Shown: positions 18,652 to 26,507 of the stretch, one piece after another | Layout of the letters: each line of letters begins with the position of its first letter | Numbering within the stretch: position 1 is the first letter of the stretch | Assembly: GCA_027492205.1 (NCBI GenBank) | Contig: JAOZFN010000005.1 | Location: forward strand, 40,775 to 104,774 | Length of the DNA stretch: 64,000 nucleotides | Direction of reading: 5' to 3' | DNA from: Thermoproteota archaeon | GTDB lineage: Archaea; Korarchaeota; Korarchaeia; Korarchaeales; Korarchaeaceae | Notes under the pieces: model-generated | Seen by the model: only the letters and a program-made list of their open reading frames with translations | Told to the model about the DNA's origin: nothing | The model's database searches: none | Position numbers and translations under genes: made by a program

Positions 18652-19644
18652 ATGGTGGGGGATCCCTTGGAGGGTGGCCGGAAGAGCGATAAGGAGAGCC
18701 TGTTTACTGAGGTAAAGTTTACCTGTCCCCGCTGCGGGAGCGATCAGATAATCAAGGACCCGAACACTGGGGAGCTGGTCTGCGCGAGCTGTGGGTTGAT
18801 TCTAAGCACGGGTATGGTTGATACGGATAAGGACTGGAGGGCCTTCGACGCCGATGAGTACATGGATAGGGCGCACACCGGGGCCCCAGTAACCCCAACC
18901 CGATCCGGATACGGCCTAGACTCCGACATCGCCATGACCAGCGGATTGAGCAGGAAGTCCGTTCAGACCCTCAGGAGGACCCACAGGCACGTCAGCGATG
19001 CTAGGGAAAAGGCGGTGGAGCCAGCCCTCAGGAAGATAAGACTCGCGGCCGAGACCCTGAACCTGCCTCCTGAGACCGTGGAGGACGCCGCCATGCTCTA
19101 TCGGAAGGCGGCCGGTGAGGGTCTGGTGAAGGGTAGGAGCATGGACGCCATGGTGGCCGCCGTGATCTATGCGGCGTGCAGGAGGACGGACGTGCCTCGG
19201 TCGCTGGAAGAGGTCGCCTCACTCTTCAACTTGAAGGAGAAGGAGGTGGGAAGGAGCTTTCGCTTCCTGTTCAGGAAGCTGGGCATAAGGATACCGCCTC
19301 CCAAGCCGGAGAACTTCGTCTACGCAATATGCGCCAAGCTGGGGCTGCCCGAGAGGGTGGCTACCCAGGCCATCAGGATACTGAAGATAGCCCGTCAGCA
19401 GGGGGCGACTATGGGGAGGGAGCCCGTCGGCGTCGCGGCGGCTGCCATATACATGGCCAGCCAGGAGTTCGGTGAGCACAAGACTCAGAGGGAGCTTGCT
19501 CAGGCCGCGGGCGTCACCGAGGTCACGGTCCGAAACAGGTACAAGGAACTCCTCGCCAAGGTCCACAAGCTCTGGCTGGAGCAGCTTCCGGAGGACCTGA
19601 AGAAGCAGATGGCCTCCTTCCGCGAGTCAGCCGAGGGTCAGTAG
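18652..19644 (+). CDS. tfb: Transcription initiation factor IIB
   Basis: Zn ribbon CPRCG...CASCG, DWRAFD, two cyclin repeats, VTEVTVRNRYKEL. Confidence 0.97.
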   Translation: MVGDPLEGGRKSDKESLFTEVKFTCPRCGSDQIIKDPNTGELVCASCGLILSTGMVDTDKDWRAFDADEYMDRAHTGAPVTPTRSGYGLDSDIAMTSGLSRKSVQTLRRTHRHVSDAREKAVEPALRKIRLAAETLNLPPETVEDAAMLYRKAAGEGLVKGRSMDAMVAAVIYAACRRTDVPRSLEEVASLFNLKEKEVGRSFRFLFRKLGIRIPPPKPENFVYAICAKLGLPERVATQAIRILKIARQQGATMGREPVGVAAAAIYMASQEFGEHKTQRELAQAAGVTEVTVRNRYKELLAKVHKLWLEQLPEDLKKQMASFRESAEGQ

Positions 19645-19698
19645 GCGAGACGACAGGTTTTTACACCATGAGGTCTTGCCCCTCGAGAGGAGGCTAAG

Positions 19699-19842
19699 AT
19701 GTACGTCTGCCTCAGGTGCGGGTACGTCTTCACGAAGGAGGAGATGGAGGAGTACTTCAATGTCTTCAAGTGTCCGAGGTGCGGCTACAGGATCCTCCGA
19801 AAGGTGAGGAGAGAGACTCCTAAGAGAGTTAAGGCAATCTGA
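19699..19842 (+). CDS. rpoP: RNA polymerase subunit P (Rpo12); absent from the supplied ORF track
   Basis: Manual translation MYVCLRCGYVFTKEEMEEYFNVFKCPRCGYRILRKVRRETPKRVKAI*; GGAGG upstream. Confidence 0.92.
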   Translation: MYVCLRCGYVFTKEEMEEYFNVFKCPRCGYRILRKVRRETPKRVKAI

Positions 19843-19845
19843 GGG

Positions 19846-20481
19846 GTGATACCGAAGATGCCCGACGTTAAAGGGCCCCTCAAGGAATTACTGATGCTGG
19901 CAGCGGTCGCCGCCCTCCTCTTCCTGTTCTTTCGAGTAGTGCTTCCCCGGGCCATGGGGGTCGATTCCCCGATCACCGTAGTTCACGGTCCTTCAATGGA
20001 GCCGACGTATGAGGATGGGGACATCCTCTTGGTGAAGCACGTCGATCCGAGTAGCCTCAAGGTCGGCGACGTGATAGTTTTCCTGAATCCCAACGTGCCC
20101 CAGTGCAAGTCGGATCCAGACTTCTCACCGAGGTGCAGGATCGTCCACAGGATAGTTGGAATAGAGACTGAGGGAGATAGGCTCTACTTCGTAACCCAGG
20201 GGGACAACCCGGTCACCAATCCCAGGCCGGACTGGGGCAGGGTGCCGCCTGAACTTATCCTGGGGGTTCCCGTCCTCCACATAGCGGTCCCTCAGATGGG
20301 GCATCTCCTCCTCTTCCTGCAGAAACCACTAGTCAGGGTGGCAATAGCGTCGGCACTGGTCTTGTTAATCGTGTGGGACTTCCTGGCGTCCGCTAAGGAA
20401 GAAGGCGAGCAGACGCAGGAGTCTGAACCGGGGTTCAGCGATGAATCTCACCATGGAGACCCGTCGCGCCTCCCTGAGTGA
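19846..20481 (+). CDS. Signal peptidase I (Sec11-like)
   Basis: TM helix, GPSMEP (Ser), IVHR (His), TQGDN, C-terminal TM. Confidence 0.9.
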   Translation: MIPKMPDVKGPLKELLMLAAVAALLFLFFRVVLPRAMGVDSPITVVHGPSMEPTYEDGDILLVKHVDPSSLKVGDVIVFLNPNVPQCKSDPDFSPRCRIVHRIVGIETEGDRLYFVTQGDNPVTNPRPDWGRVPPELILGVPVLHIAVPQMGHLLLFLQKPLVRVAIASALVLLIVWDFLASAKEEGEQTQESEPGFSDESHHGDPSRLPE

Positions 20482-20502
20482 TTTATAAAGGAGCCTTTAT
20501 AA
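20482..20502 (+). promoter_or_regulatory. tbp promoter with two TATA boxes forming a palindrome
   Basis: TTATAAAGG-AG-CCTTTATAA at 20483-20502, about 20 nt before the ATG. Confidence 0.6.
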
Positions 20503-20523
20503 GGCCCGACAGAGGTTTCTGGA

Positions 20524-21141
20524 ATGCCCCCCGATAAGGAAAAGCAGGGAGAGGTCGTCGCGGGGATCAGGTTTCCACGTGAACCCGAGATTAACATCCA
20601 GAACGTCGTGTCCTCCGCTGACATTAGGCAGAAGCTGAACCTCAAGGAAATAGCTCAGAAGATCAAGGAGTCGAGGTACGAACCCAACAAGTTCCCGGGT
20701 CTGGTACTCAAACTCAAGGAGCCAAAGGCCGCCCTTCTGGTTTTCAGCAGCGGGAAGTTCGTGTGCACGGGGACGAAATCTGTCGAGGAGTCCGCCCTGG
20801 CCGTCAATAAGGCCATCGACCTCATGAAGCAGCACGGCATCAAGATCAGCAACAGACCCCTGGTCAGGGCCGAGAACATCGTCGCGTCCGCGAAGCTGTT
20901 CCTCAAGGTTGACATAGAGAGGTTGGCCATGGAGCAGCCCAACACTCTCTACGAGCCGGAGCAGTTTCCGGGACTCATATACAGGATGGACGATCCGCCG
21001 GTGGTGTTTCTGGTCTTTGCCTCCGGGAGCTTGGTGTGTACCGGAGCCAAGAAGGAGGCGGACGTTAGGAGGGCGGTCTACAAGCTGAGGAGGGTGTTGG
21101 CAGAGGGCGGATACTTCATAACTGAAGAGGGCGTCGGTTGA
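20524..21141 (+). CDS. tbp: TATA-box-binding protein
   Basis: Two repeats of NVVSS/NIVAS...YEPxxFPGL...LVFxSGxxVCTG. Confidence 0.98.
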   Translation: MPPDKEKQGEVVAGIRFPREPEINIQNVVSSADIRQKLNLKEIAQKIKESRYEPNKFPGLVLKLKEPKAALLVFSSGKFVCTGTKSVEESALAVNKAIDLMKQHGIKISNRPLVRAENIVASAKLFLKVDIERLAMEQPNTLYEPEQFPGLIYRMDDPPVVFLVFASGSLVCTGAKKEADVRRAVYKLRRVLAEGGYFITEEGVG

Positions 21142-21148
21142 GGGGGCT

Positions 21149-21784
21149 ATGACGCTGCAGCTCACCGACGAGGAGGGCGGGTACCTAGTTAGGCTTGCTA
21201 GGCGGGCCATTACCCTCTTCTTAACCGAGGGAAAGACCCCTGAGGAGCAACCACCCAACCCCAGGCTCCAAGAGAAGGCGGGGGCGTTCGTCACGCTGAA
21301 GACCTATCCAGAGGGACGCCTGAGGGGGTGCATAGGCTATCCGGAACCCACCCTCCCTCTCTACCGAGCAGTCATTCAGGCAGCCATATCCGCGGCCACG
21401 CAGGATCCTAGGTTCTATCCAGTGACGCCGGGAGAGCTCCCTAACATCACGGTGGAGGTCAGCGTTCTAACGCCGCCAGAGCCGCTCAGAGTGGACGACA
21501 GGAGGGAGCTGCCCGGCCTCATAAGGGTGGGTCGGGATGGCCTGATCATTCAAGCCGGACATTGGAGCGGTCTCCTCCTACCCCAGGTCCCGGTCGAGTG
21601 GGGCTGGGACTCCAGAGAATTCTTGGACCAGACCTGCGTGAAGGCCGGGTTGCCGCCAGGCTGCTGGATGAGACCCGATGTGGAGGTGTTCAGGTTCACC
21701 GCCATAGTGTTCGCGGAGGAAAAACCCATGGGGAGGGTGGTTCGAGAGAGGCTGACGGCGGGCGAGGGTCATGGGTTGCGATAG
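21149..21784 (+). CDS. AMMECR1-domain protein
   Basis: GAFVTL, LRGCIG, DPRF, EVSVL, GLLLPQVP, KAGL. Confidence 0.93.
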   Translation: MTLQLTDEEGGYLVRLARRAITLFLTEGKTPEEQPPNPRLQEKAGAFVTLKTYPEGRLRGCIGYPEPTLPLYRAVIQAAISAATQDPRFYPVTPGELPNITVEVSVLTPPEPLRVDDRRELPGLIRVGRDGLIIQAGHWSGLLLPQVPVEWGWDSREFLDQTCVKAGLPPGCWMRPDVEVFRFTAIVFAEEKPMGRVVRERLTAGEGHGLR

Positions 21785-22311
21785 GCTCGGTCTATCGCCC
21801 ACCTCATCTCATTGACCAGCTTGTCCATCTCGTCCGCTGGAACGCCCCTCACGACTATGCGCCTAAGTGCCCCATCCTCTGCCTCTATGTTGTAAGCGAC
21901 CCCGGGGGACGATCTCCTCAGCTCTCTCAGCCTTCTAGTGAGCCACCCTATGGGACCAGAGTCGGCCCTGACGTCCCCTTCCGTCTCAAGTATGAGGATG
22001 CCCTTCGCTCTATTGACCAGTATTCTCCCAATCCTCTCCTCTCCGGAGAGGATCTCCCTCTCCTCGACCTCCTGCGGTGATGGAGGCTCCAGGCGTTCCT
22101 CGACCTTTGTACCCTCCTCGGGGACTGCGGCAGGCGACGTTAACGTGTCGGCGGTAGTTATTGTCGCCTCCAATAGGATGTCATCGAGGGCGTCCAGCAT
22201 CGACCGCAGCCTCAATAGCTCCTTCTCCAGCTCGTCTATCCTGGTCTTCAACATGTTTCTGAGCTCAAGGAGATTTCTCATCCTATCTTCTCTTTTCAAG
22301 CCTAACCCCAT
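21769..22311 (-). CDS. Hypothetical protein with N-terminal coiled coil
   Basis: Heptad LLELRNMLKTRIDELEKELLRLRSML, linker, small alpha/beta C-terminal domain; directly downstream of lysS. Confidence 0.75.
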   Translation of the reverse strand: MGLGLKREDRMRNLLELRNMLKTRIDELEKELLRLRSMLDALDDILLEATITTADTLTSPAAVPEEGTKVEERLEPPSPQEVEEREILSGEERIGRILVNRAKGILILETEGDVRADSGPIGWLTRRLRELRRSSPGVAYNIEAEDGALRRIVVRGVPADEMDKLVNEMRWAIDRAYRNP

Positions 22312-22315
22312 CCTC

Positions 22316-23938
22316 TCAAGAATAGTTTGAGATTGACTTGCGTATTAAGGACTTGGCCCTCTCAACCCCCAGACGCTTCATAAGCGGGCCAAGCCTCGGC
22401 CCACTCTTGGCGCCCACCAGTAGCGTGTAGACGGCCGAGAAGAACTCCTTCGGCTTCACTCCACTGGACCTGCAGACCTCGAAGGCGCGGGACTGAATTT
22501 CCTCAGCATCCATGCCCTCGTCGATCTCAGCGAGAAATTTCTCTATGGCCGCCAGGACCTCGGGGCTCAGCTCGGGCCTCTCCTCGATGAACCTGGACTT
22601 GATGTCCCTGACGTAGTTCAGGGCCCTCTTGAACCACTCCCTGAACGTCTGATCCGTCAGGAGCGAGCCAGATTCAATTTCGTAGTACTCGGACACGAAT
22701 TCCACCACGGCAGAGAGGAGCTCCTCTTCCTTCATCTCCCTCCAGGGGAGCAGCTCCACGATGTTGATGAGCGACCTGAAAGCATACTTGGGGGGCTGCG
22801 GAACCTCCCTCAGCAGGTACGCGTACTCTACGAGTCTCTTTACGGTGATCCTGTCCCTCTCGGAGGGTATCCTGTCCAGGTTCCAGTAGAGCCTGAGGTG
22901 CCTCTCCAGGTCCTCGACGTACTCGGGCGCCCTCTCTAGGGAGATCGCGCGGGTCCCCCTGTACCTCTTGAACATCAGGAGCCTCAGGCTCTCGGGCGGC
23001 GCGTAGCGGAGCCAGTCCTGGGGGGTGATGACGTTCCCCTTGGACTTTGAGATCTTCTCTCCGGTCGCGTCGAGGAACATCTCGTACCTTATCGTCAGGG
23101 GCGGCTCGAATCCAAGGACTTCCCTGGCGATCCTCTGATTCACCCTGAAGCTGTCGGCGATGTCCTTGCCGTGTGGCTCGAACACGACTCCCAGCGCGGC
23201 CCACCTGGCGGCGAACTCCCCCCACTTCCAAGGCAATTTGCCGGACCCCCTCCTGTAGCTGACCTCCCCCCTGTAGCCGCACCCCTTGACCCCCTTGAAC
23301 TCCTGATCACACACGTAGACTACCTTACCCTCCTCCGGGTGAACCTCGACCACTCGGGTGGTGTATATCCGACCACAGTTCTCGCAGACGGGCCAGTAGG
23401 GAATCCAACCCTCTGGCCGGCTGGTCCCCACCTCCTCCCGAACGATCCTCTCGACTTTGTGCCTCTCCCTCAGGATCTTGTCAATGTACTGGTCGAGCAG
23501 ACCCGACCTGTAGACCTGAGTCCCCGAGTAGAACTCGTAGTCGACGCCGAGCTTGTCCAGCGCGTCCATGAGCATGGAACTCATGTGCTCCCCGTAGCTT
23601 CCGTGGCATCCCCAGGGATCGGGAATGTCGGTGACGGGCATTCCGAGGTACCTTTCGTAATCCGACGGAACCCCCGCGGGCACCTTCCGCAGGCCATCCC
23701 TATCGTCGCTGAAGGCGACGAGTCGCGACCAGTGTCCGAGGTCCTCCAAGGCCAACTTCACGCCGTAAGCCCTCAGGGAATCGCCGACTGACCCTATGTG
23801 CGGGAACCCGCTGGCACCGATGCCCGATTCCACGGTGTAGACCTCTATCCCCCTGTTCAGGCGAGCCTCTCTCTCCACCACCTCGAGGGCCAGCTTGTCC
23901 AGCCAGAACATCGGCCCGCGCTTAAACCGCAGCCCCAT
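22316..23938 (-). CDS. lysS: Lysyl-tRNA synthetase, class I
   Basis: GFPHIGS, DGLRKVP, GKLPWK, KISKSKG, GPRLG; start moved to ATG 23938. Confidence 0.95.
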   Translation of the reverse strand: MGLRFKRGPMFWLDKLALEVVEREARLNRGIEVYTVESGIGASGFPHIGSVGDSLRAYGVKLALEDLGHWSRLVAFSDDRDGLRKVPAGVPSDYERYLGMPVTDIPDPWGCHGSYGEHMSSMLMDALDKLGVDYEFYSGTQVYRSGLLDQYIDKILRERHKVERIVREEVGTSRPEGWIPYWPVCENCGRIYTTRVVEVHPEEGKVVYVCDQEFKGVKGCGYRGEVSYRRGSGKLPWKWGEFAARWAALGVVFEPHGKDIADSFRVNQRIAREVLGFEPPLTIRYEMFLDATGEKISKSKGNVITPQDWLRYAPPESLRLLMFKRYRGTRAISLERAPEYVEDLERHLRLYWNLDRIPSERDRITVKRLVEYAYLLREVPQPPKYAFRSLINIVELLPWREMKEEELLSAVVEFVSEYYEIESGSLLTDQTFREWFKRALNYVRDIKSRFIEERPELSPEVLAAIEKFLAEIDEGMDAEEIQSRAFEVCRSSGVKPKEFFSAVYTLLVGAKSGPRLGPLMKRLGVERAKSLIRKSISNYS

Positions 23939-24064
23939 CACCGTCCTGCCGCCAAGTACGCCTGGCTTTTTAGCTCGACGGCAGGCGCAGAGCGGAAAGA
24001 CTTTGGCCAAAAATAGTGAGAAGGGGAAAGGGGAATCCCTCAAAAATCGCGGGGAGAGATCGGC

Positions 24065-24346
24065 TCACACCTGGGTGAGCTCGATCTCGATGACGCTTAT
24101 GTCCCTCCTGCTGCCGTCCTCGTCTATTATCTCCTCGGTGCCCGTCCTAATGTCGGTTATCTTGAGCTTACCAGGGAAGTACTTGAGCCTGGTGATCTCG
24201 GCGACATCCACGGCCCTCGAGATGGACCTGCCCCTGGCCTTGAGGACGATCTTCTTCACGCCCCGGTTGATCTGGAGCGTGGTAGCCATCACGTAGTTGA
24301 TGGCGGGCTTCTTACCCACGTACACGATTCCCTCCTCGGCAGACAT
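24065..24346 (-). CDS. albA: Alba DNA/RNA-binding protein
   Basis: YVGKKP..NYV, LKARGRSISRAVDVAE, ISVIEIEL; ATG follows a GGGGTG SD. Confidence 0.96.
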   Translation of the reverse strand: MSAEEGIVYVGKKPAINYVMATTLQINRGVKKIVLKARGRSISRAVDVAEITRLKYFPGKLKITDIRTGTEEIIDEDGSRRDISVIEIELTQV

Positions 24347-24459
24347 GTCGTACACCCCCTTACTCTTGCCCACAAGGTCCGCCAGGTCTCAGTGGGACTG
24401 CGCCTGGCAGCGTGCCAGGGGCGCCTCCTCACATAATAAACATTTACCGGATAGCGGGT

Positions 24460-24714
24460 TCAGCCGAGGAGATCGTCTAGATCAACGATGATCTCCCTGT
24501 CGAGGACGCGCCTGACCAGTTTGACGGGAATTCGACCGAGCTTCAGTTCGAGTTCGGCGAGTTCCACCGGGTCGGTGACCCCCTCGGGTATCTCGTCGTC
24601 TTTAAGAAAGAGAGGAGAGCCGGCGGCGATCTGCTGAGCCCTGAACGCGATGATCCTCGCCTTCTCGTACCGCGTGAGCTTCTTTGGGCCCAGCAGATCG
24701 CCCTTGCCGGTCAA
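24460..24714 (-). CDS. rpoK: RNA polymerase subunit K (Rpo6)
   Basis: LTRYEKARIIAFRAQQIAAGSP...DPVELAELEL...IP. Confidence 0.95.
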   Translation of the reverse strand: MTGKGDLLGPKKLTRYEKARIIAFRAQQIAAGSPLFLKDDEIPEGVTDPVELAELELKLGRIPVKLVRRVLDREIIVDLDDLLG

Positions 24715-24715
24715 C

Positions 24716-26353
24716 TTACTCCTCCTCGCCGCCCTTCTCCTTGCCGAACTTCTTCGCGGAGGCGGCTATGATGTCGTCGATCTTTAGGATGGTCTCTGCG
24801 AACTCGGCGGCGGACTCTACGGCGTTCTTGATGACTCTGGCCGGCTCGATGACATCTTTCTCCTTCATATCCACGATCTCGCCGGTGAAGACGTCAAACC
24901 CGTGGTGTACCTTGCCTTCGGTGTGTGCCTTCACAAGCTCGGCCATGAGGACCACGGGGTCCTTGCCCGAGTTCTCTATAAGCGTCCTGGGTATGACCTC
25001 TATGGCTTCGGCGAACCTCTGGACGATGGTCTGCTCCTTCCCGCCGAGCTGCTGGGCGTACTCCTTCAGCCTGAGGCTCAGCTCCATCTCGATGGCCCCG
25101 CCGCCGACGACGATCTTGCCGTCCTCGATGACGTCCCTCACGACGCTGAGTGCGTCGTGGACGGTCCTCTCGGTCTCGTCGATGACCTGCTTGGAACCTC
25201 CCCTGATGAGGATGGACACGGCCTTCGGATTCTTGCACCCCTCGACGAAGACCATCTTGTCCTCGCCGACGCGCCTCTCCTCCACGAGCTCGGCGTAGCC
25301 TAAGTCCTCGGGCTTGATCTCCTTGACGTTCACCACGATCTTGGCGCCTGTGGCCTTGGCCAGCTTCTCCATGTCAGACTTCCTGACCCTCCTGACCGCG
25401 AGGATGCCCCTCTTGGCGAGGAAGTGCTGAGCCACATCGTCGATGCCCTTCTGGCAGAATACCACGTTGGCGCCGGCCTCGGCGATCTTGTCAACCAGCT
25501 CCCTGAGCATCTCCTTCTCCTGTTCGAGGAAGCCCTTGATCTGGGTCGGCGAGACCACCTTGATCTTGGAGGACAGCTCTGGCTTCTTGACCTCCAGCGC
25601 GCTCTCGATGAGGGCTATCTTGGCCCCGGCTATCACCCTGGGCATCCCGGGGTGGACGACCTCCTTGTCGATCACTATGCCCCTGATGAGGGCGGTGTCG
25701 AATATGGAGCCCCCCTCCTTCTTCTCCCTCTTGATGTTGTCAAGGTCGACGGTCCTCTTGCCGTCCTTCTCCTCGACCACGGCCAGGGCTGCCTCGACGG
25801 CGATCTCCGCCAGATGCTCCCTGGCGTGGGCGACGGCCTTGGACCCCATGGCCAGCTTGGAGATCTTCTTCAGCACCTCCTTGTCGTTCCACGGCACCTC
25901 GATGGAGAGCTCGTCGATGAGCTCTGAGGCCTTCCTGGCGGCCTTCCTGTAGCCTTCTATGATCAGGGTCGGGTGGATGCCGAGGTCCATCAGCTCCTCC
26001 GCCTTGGCGAGGAGTTCACCTGCGAGCACGACCACGGTGGTAGTTCCGTCACCGGCCACCTGTTCCTGACTCTTGGCCAGGTCAACCAGCATCTTCGCGG
26101 TCGGGTGCTCGACCTCGATCTCCTTCATCACCGTGGCACCGTCGCTGGTGATGATCACGTCGCCGAACGGGTCGACGAGCATCTTCTGCATGCCCTTCGG
26201 CCCAAGGGTACTCTTTACGGCCTCAGCTATGGCCTTGGCCACGGTTATGTTGAGCCGAACGGCTTCCCTGCCTCTGGTCCTGGAAGTGCCCTCCTTCAGG
26301 ATCAAAACCGGGATGGCACCCCCAGCTCCGCTAGCTCCTCCAGCTGCGGCCAT
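24716..26353 (-). CDS. ths: Thermosome subunit (group II chaperonin)
   Basis: [33 protein letters not shown]. Confidence 0.98.
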   Translation of the reverse strand: MAAAGGASGAGGAIPVLILKEGTSRTRGREAVRLNITVAKAIAEAVKSTLGPKGMQKMLVDPFGDVIITSDGATVMKEIEVEHPTAKMLVDLAKSQEQVAGDGTTTVVVLAGELLAKAEELMDLGIHPTLIIEGYRKAARKASELIDELSIEVPWNDKEVLKKISKLAMGSKAVAHAREHLAEIAVEAALAVVEEKDGKRTVDLDNIKREKKEGGSIFDTALIRGIVIDKEVVHPGMPRVIAGAKIALIESALEVKKPELSSKIKVVSPTQIKGFLEQEKEMLRELVDKIAEAGANVVFCQKGIDDVAQHFLAKRGILAVRRVRKSDMEKLAKATGAKIVVNVKEIKPEDLGYAELVEERRVGEDKMVFVEGCKNPKAVSILIRGGSKQVIDETERTVHDALSVVRDVIEDGKIVVGGGAIEMELSLRLKEYAQQLGGKEQTIVQRFAEAIEVIPRTLIENSGKDPVVLMAELVKAHTEGKVHHGFDVFTGEIVDMKEKDVIEPARVIKNAVESAAEFAETILKIDDIIAASAKKFGKEKGGEEE

Positions 26354-26507
26354 CTCAGCTCACCCCCTATCAATACGGATGTCCGGCCCTTCGCGCTGCA
26401 GGGCTTGGCGCGGATAGTCGCCCTTATCCCCATTTAAAACTCTTTACCAATGGGCACGCCGCCGAAAGGGGCGTGCAGCGCCGCTTTAATTCCCCCTGGG
26501 ATCCAGA

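Noticed and set aside
21769-22311. Coiled-coil protein as an arcadin or division protein
   Set aside because: No motif I can verify and it is far from crenactin; left as hypothetical
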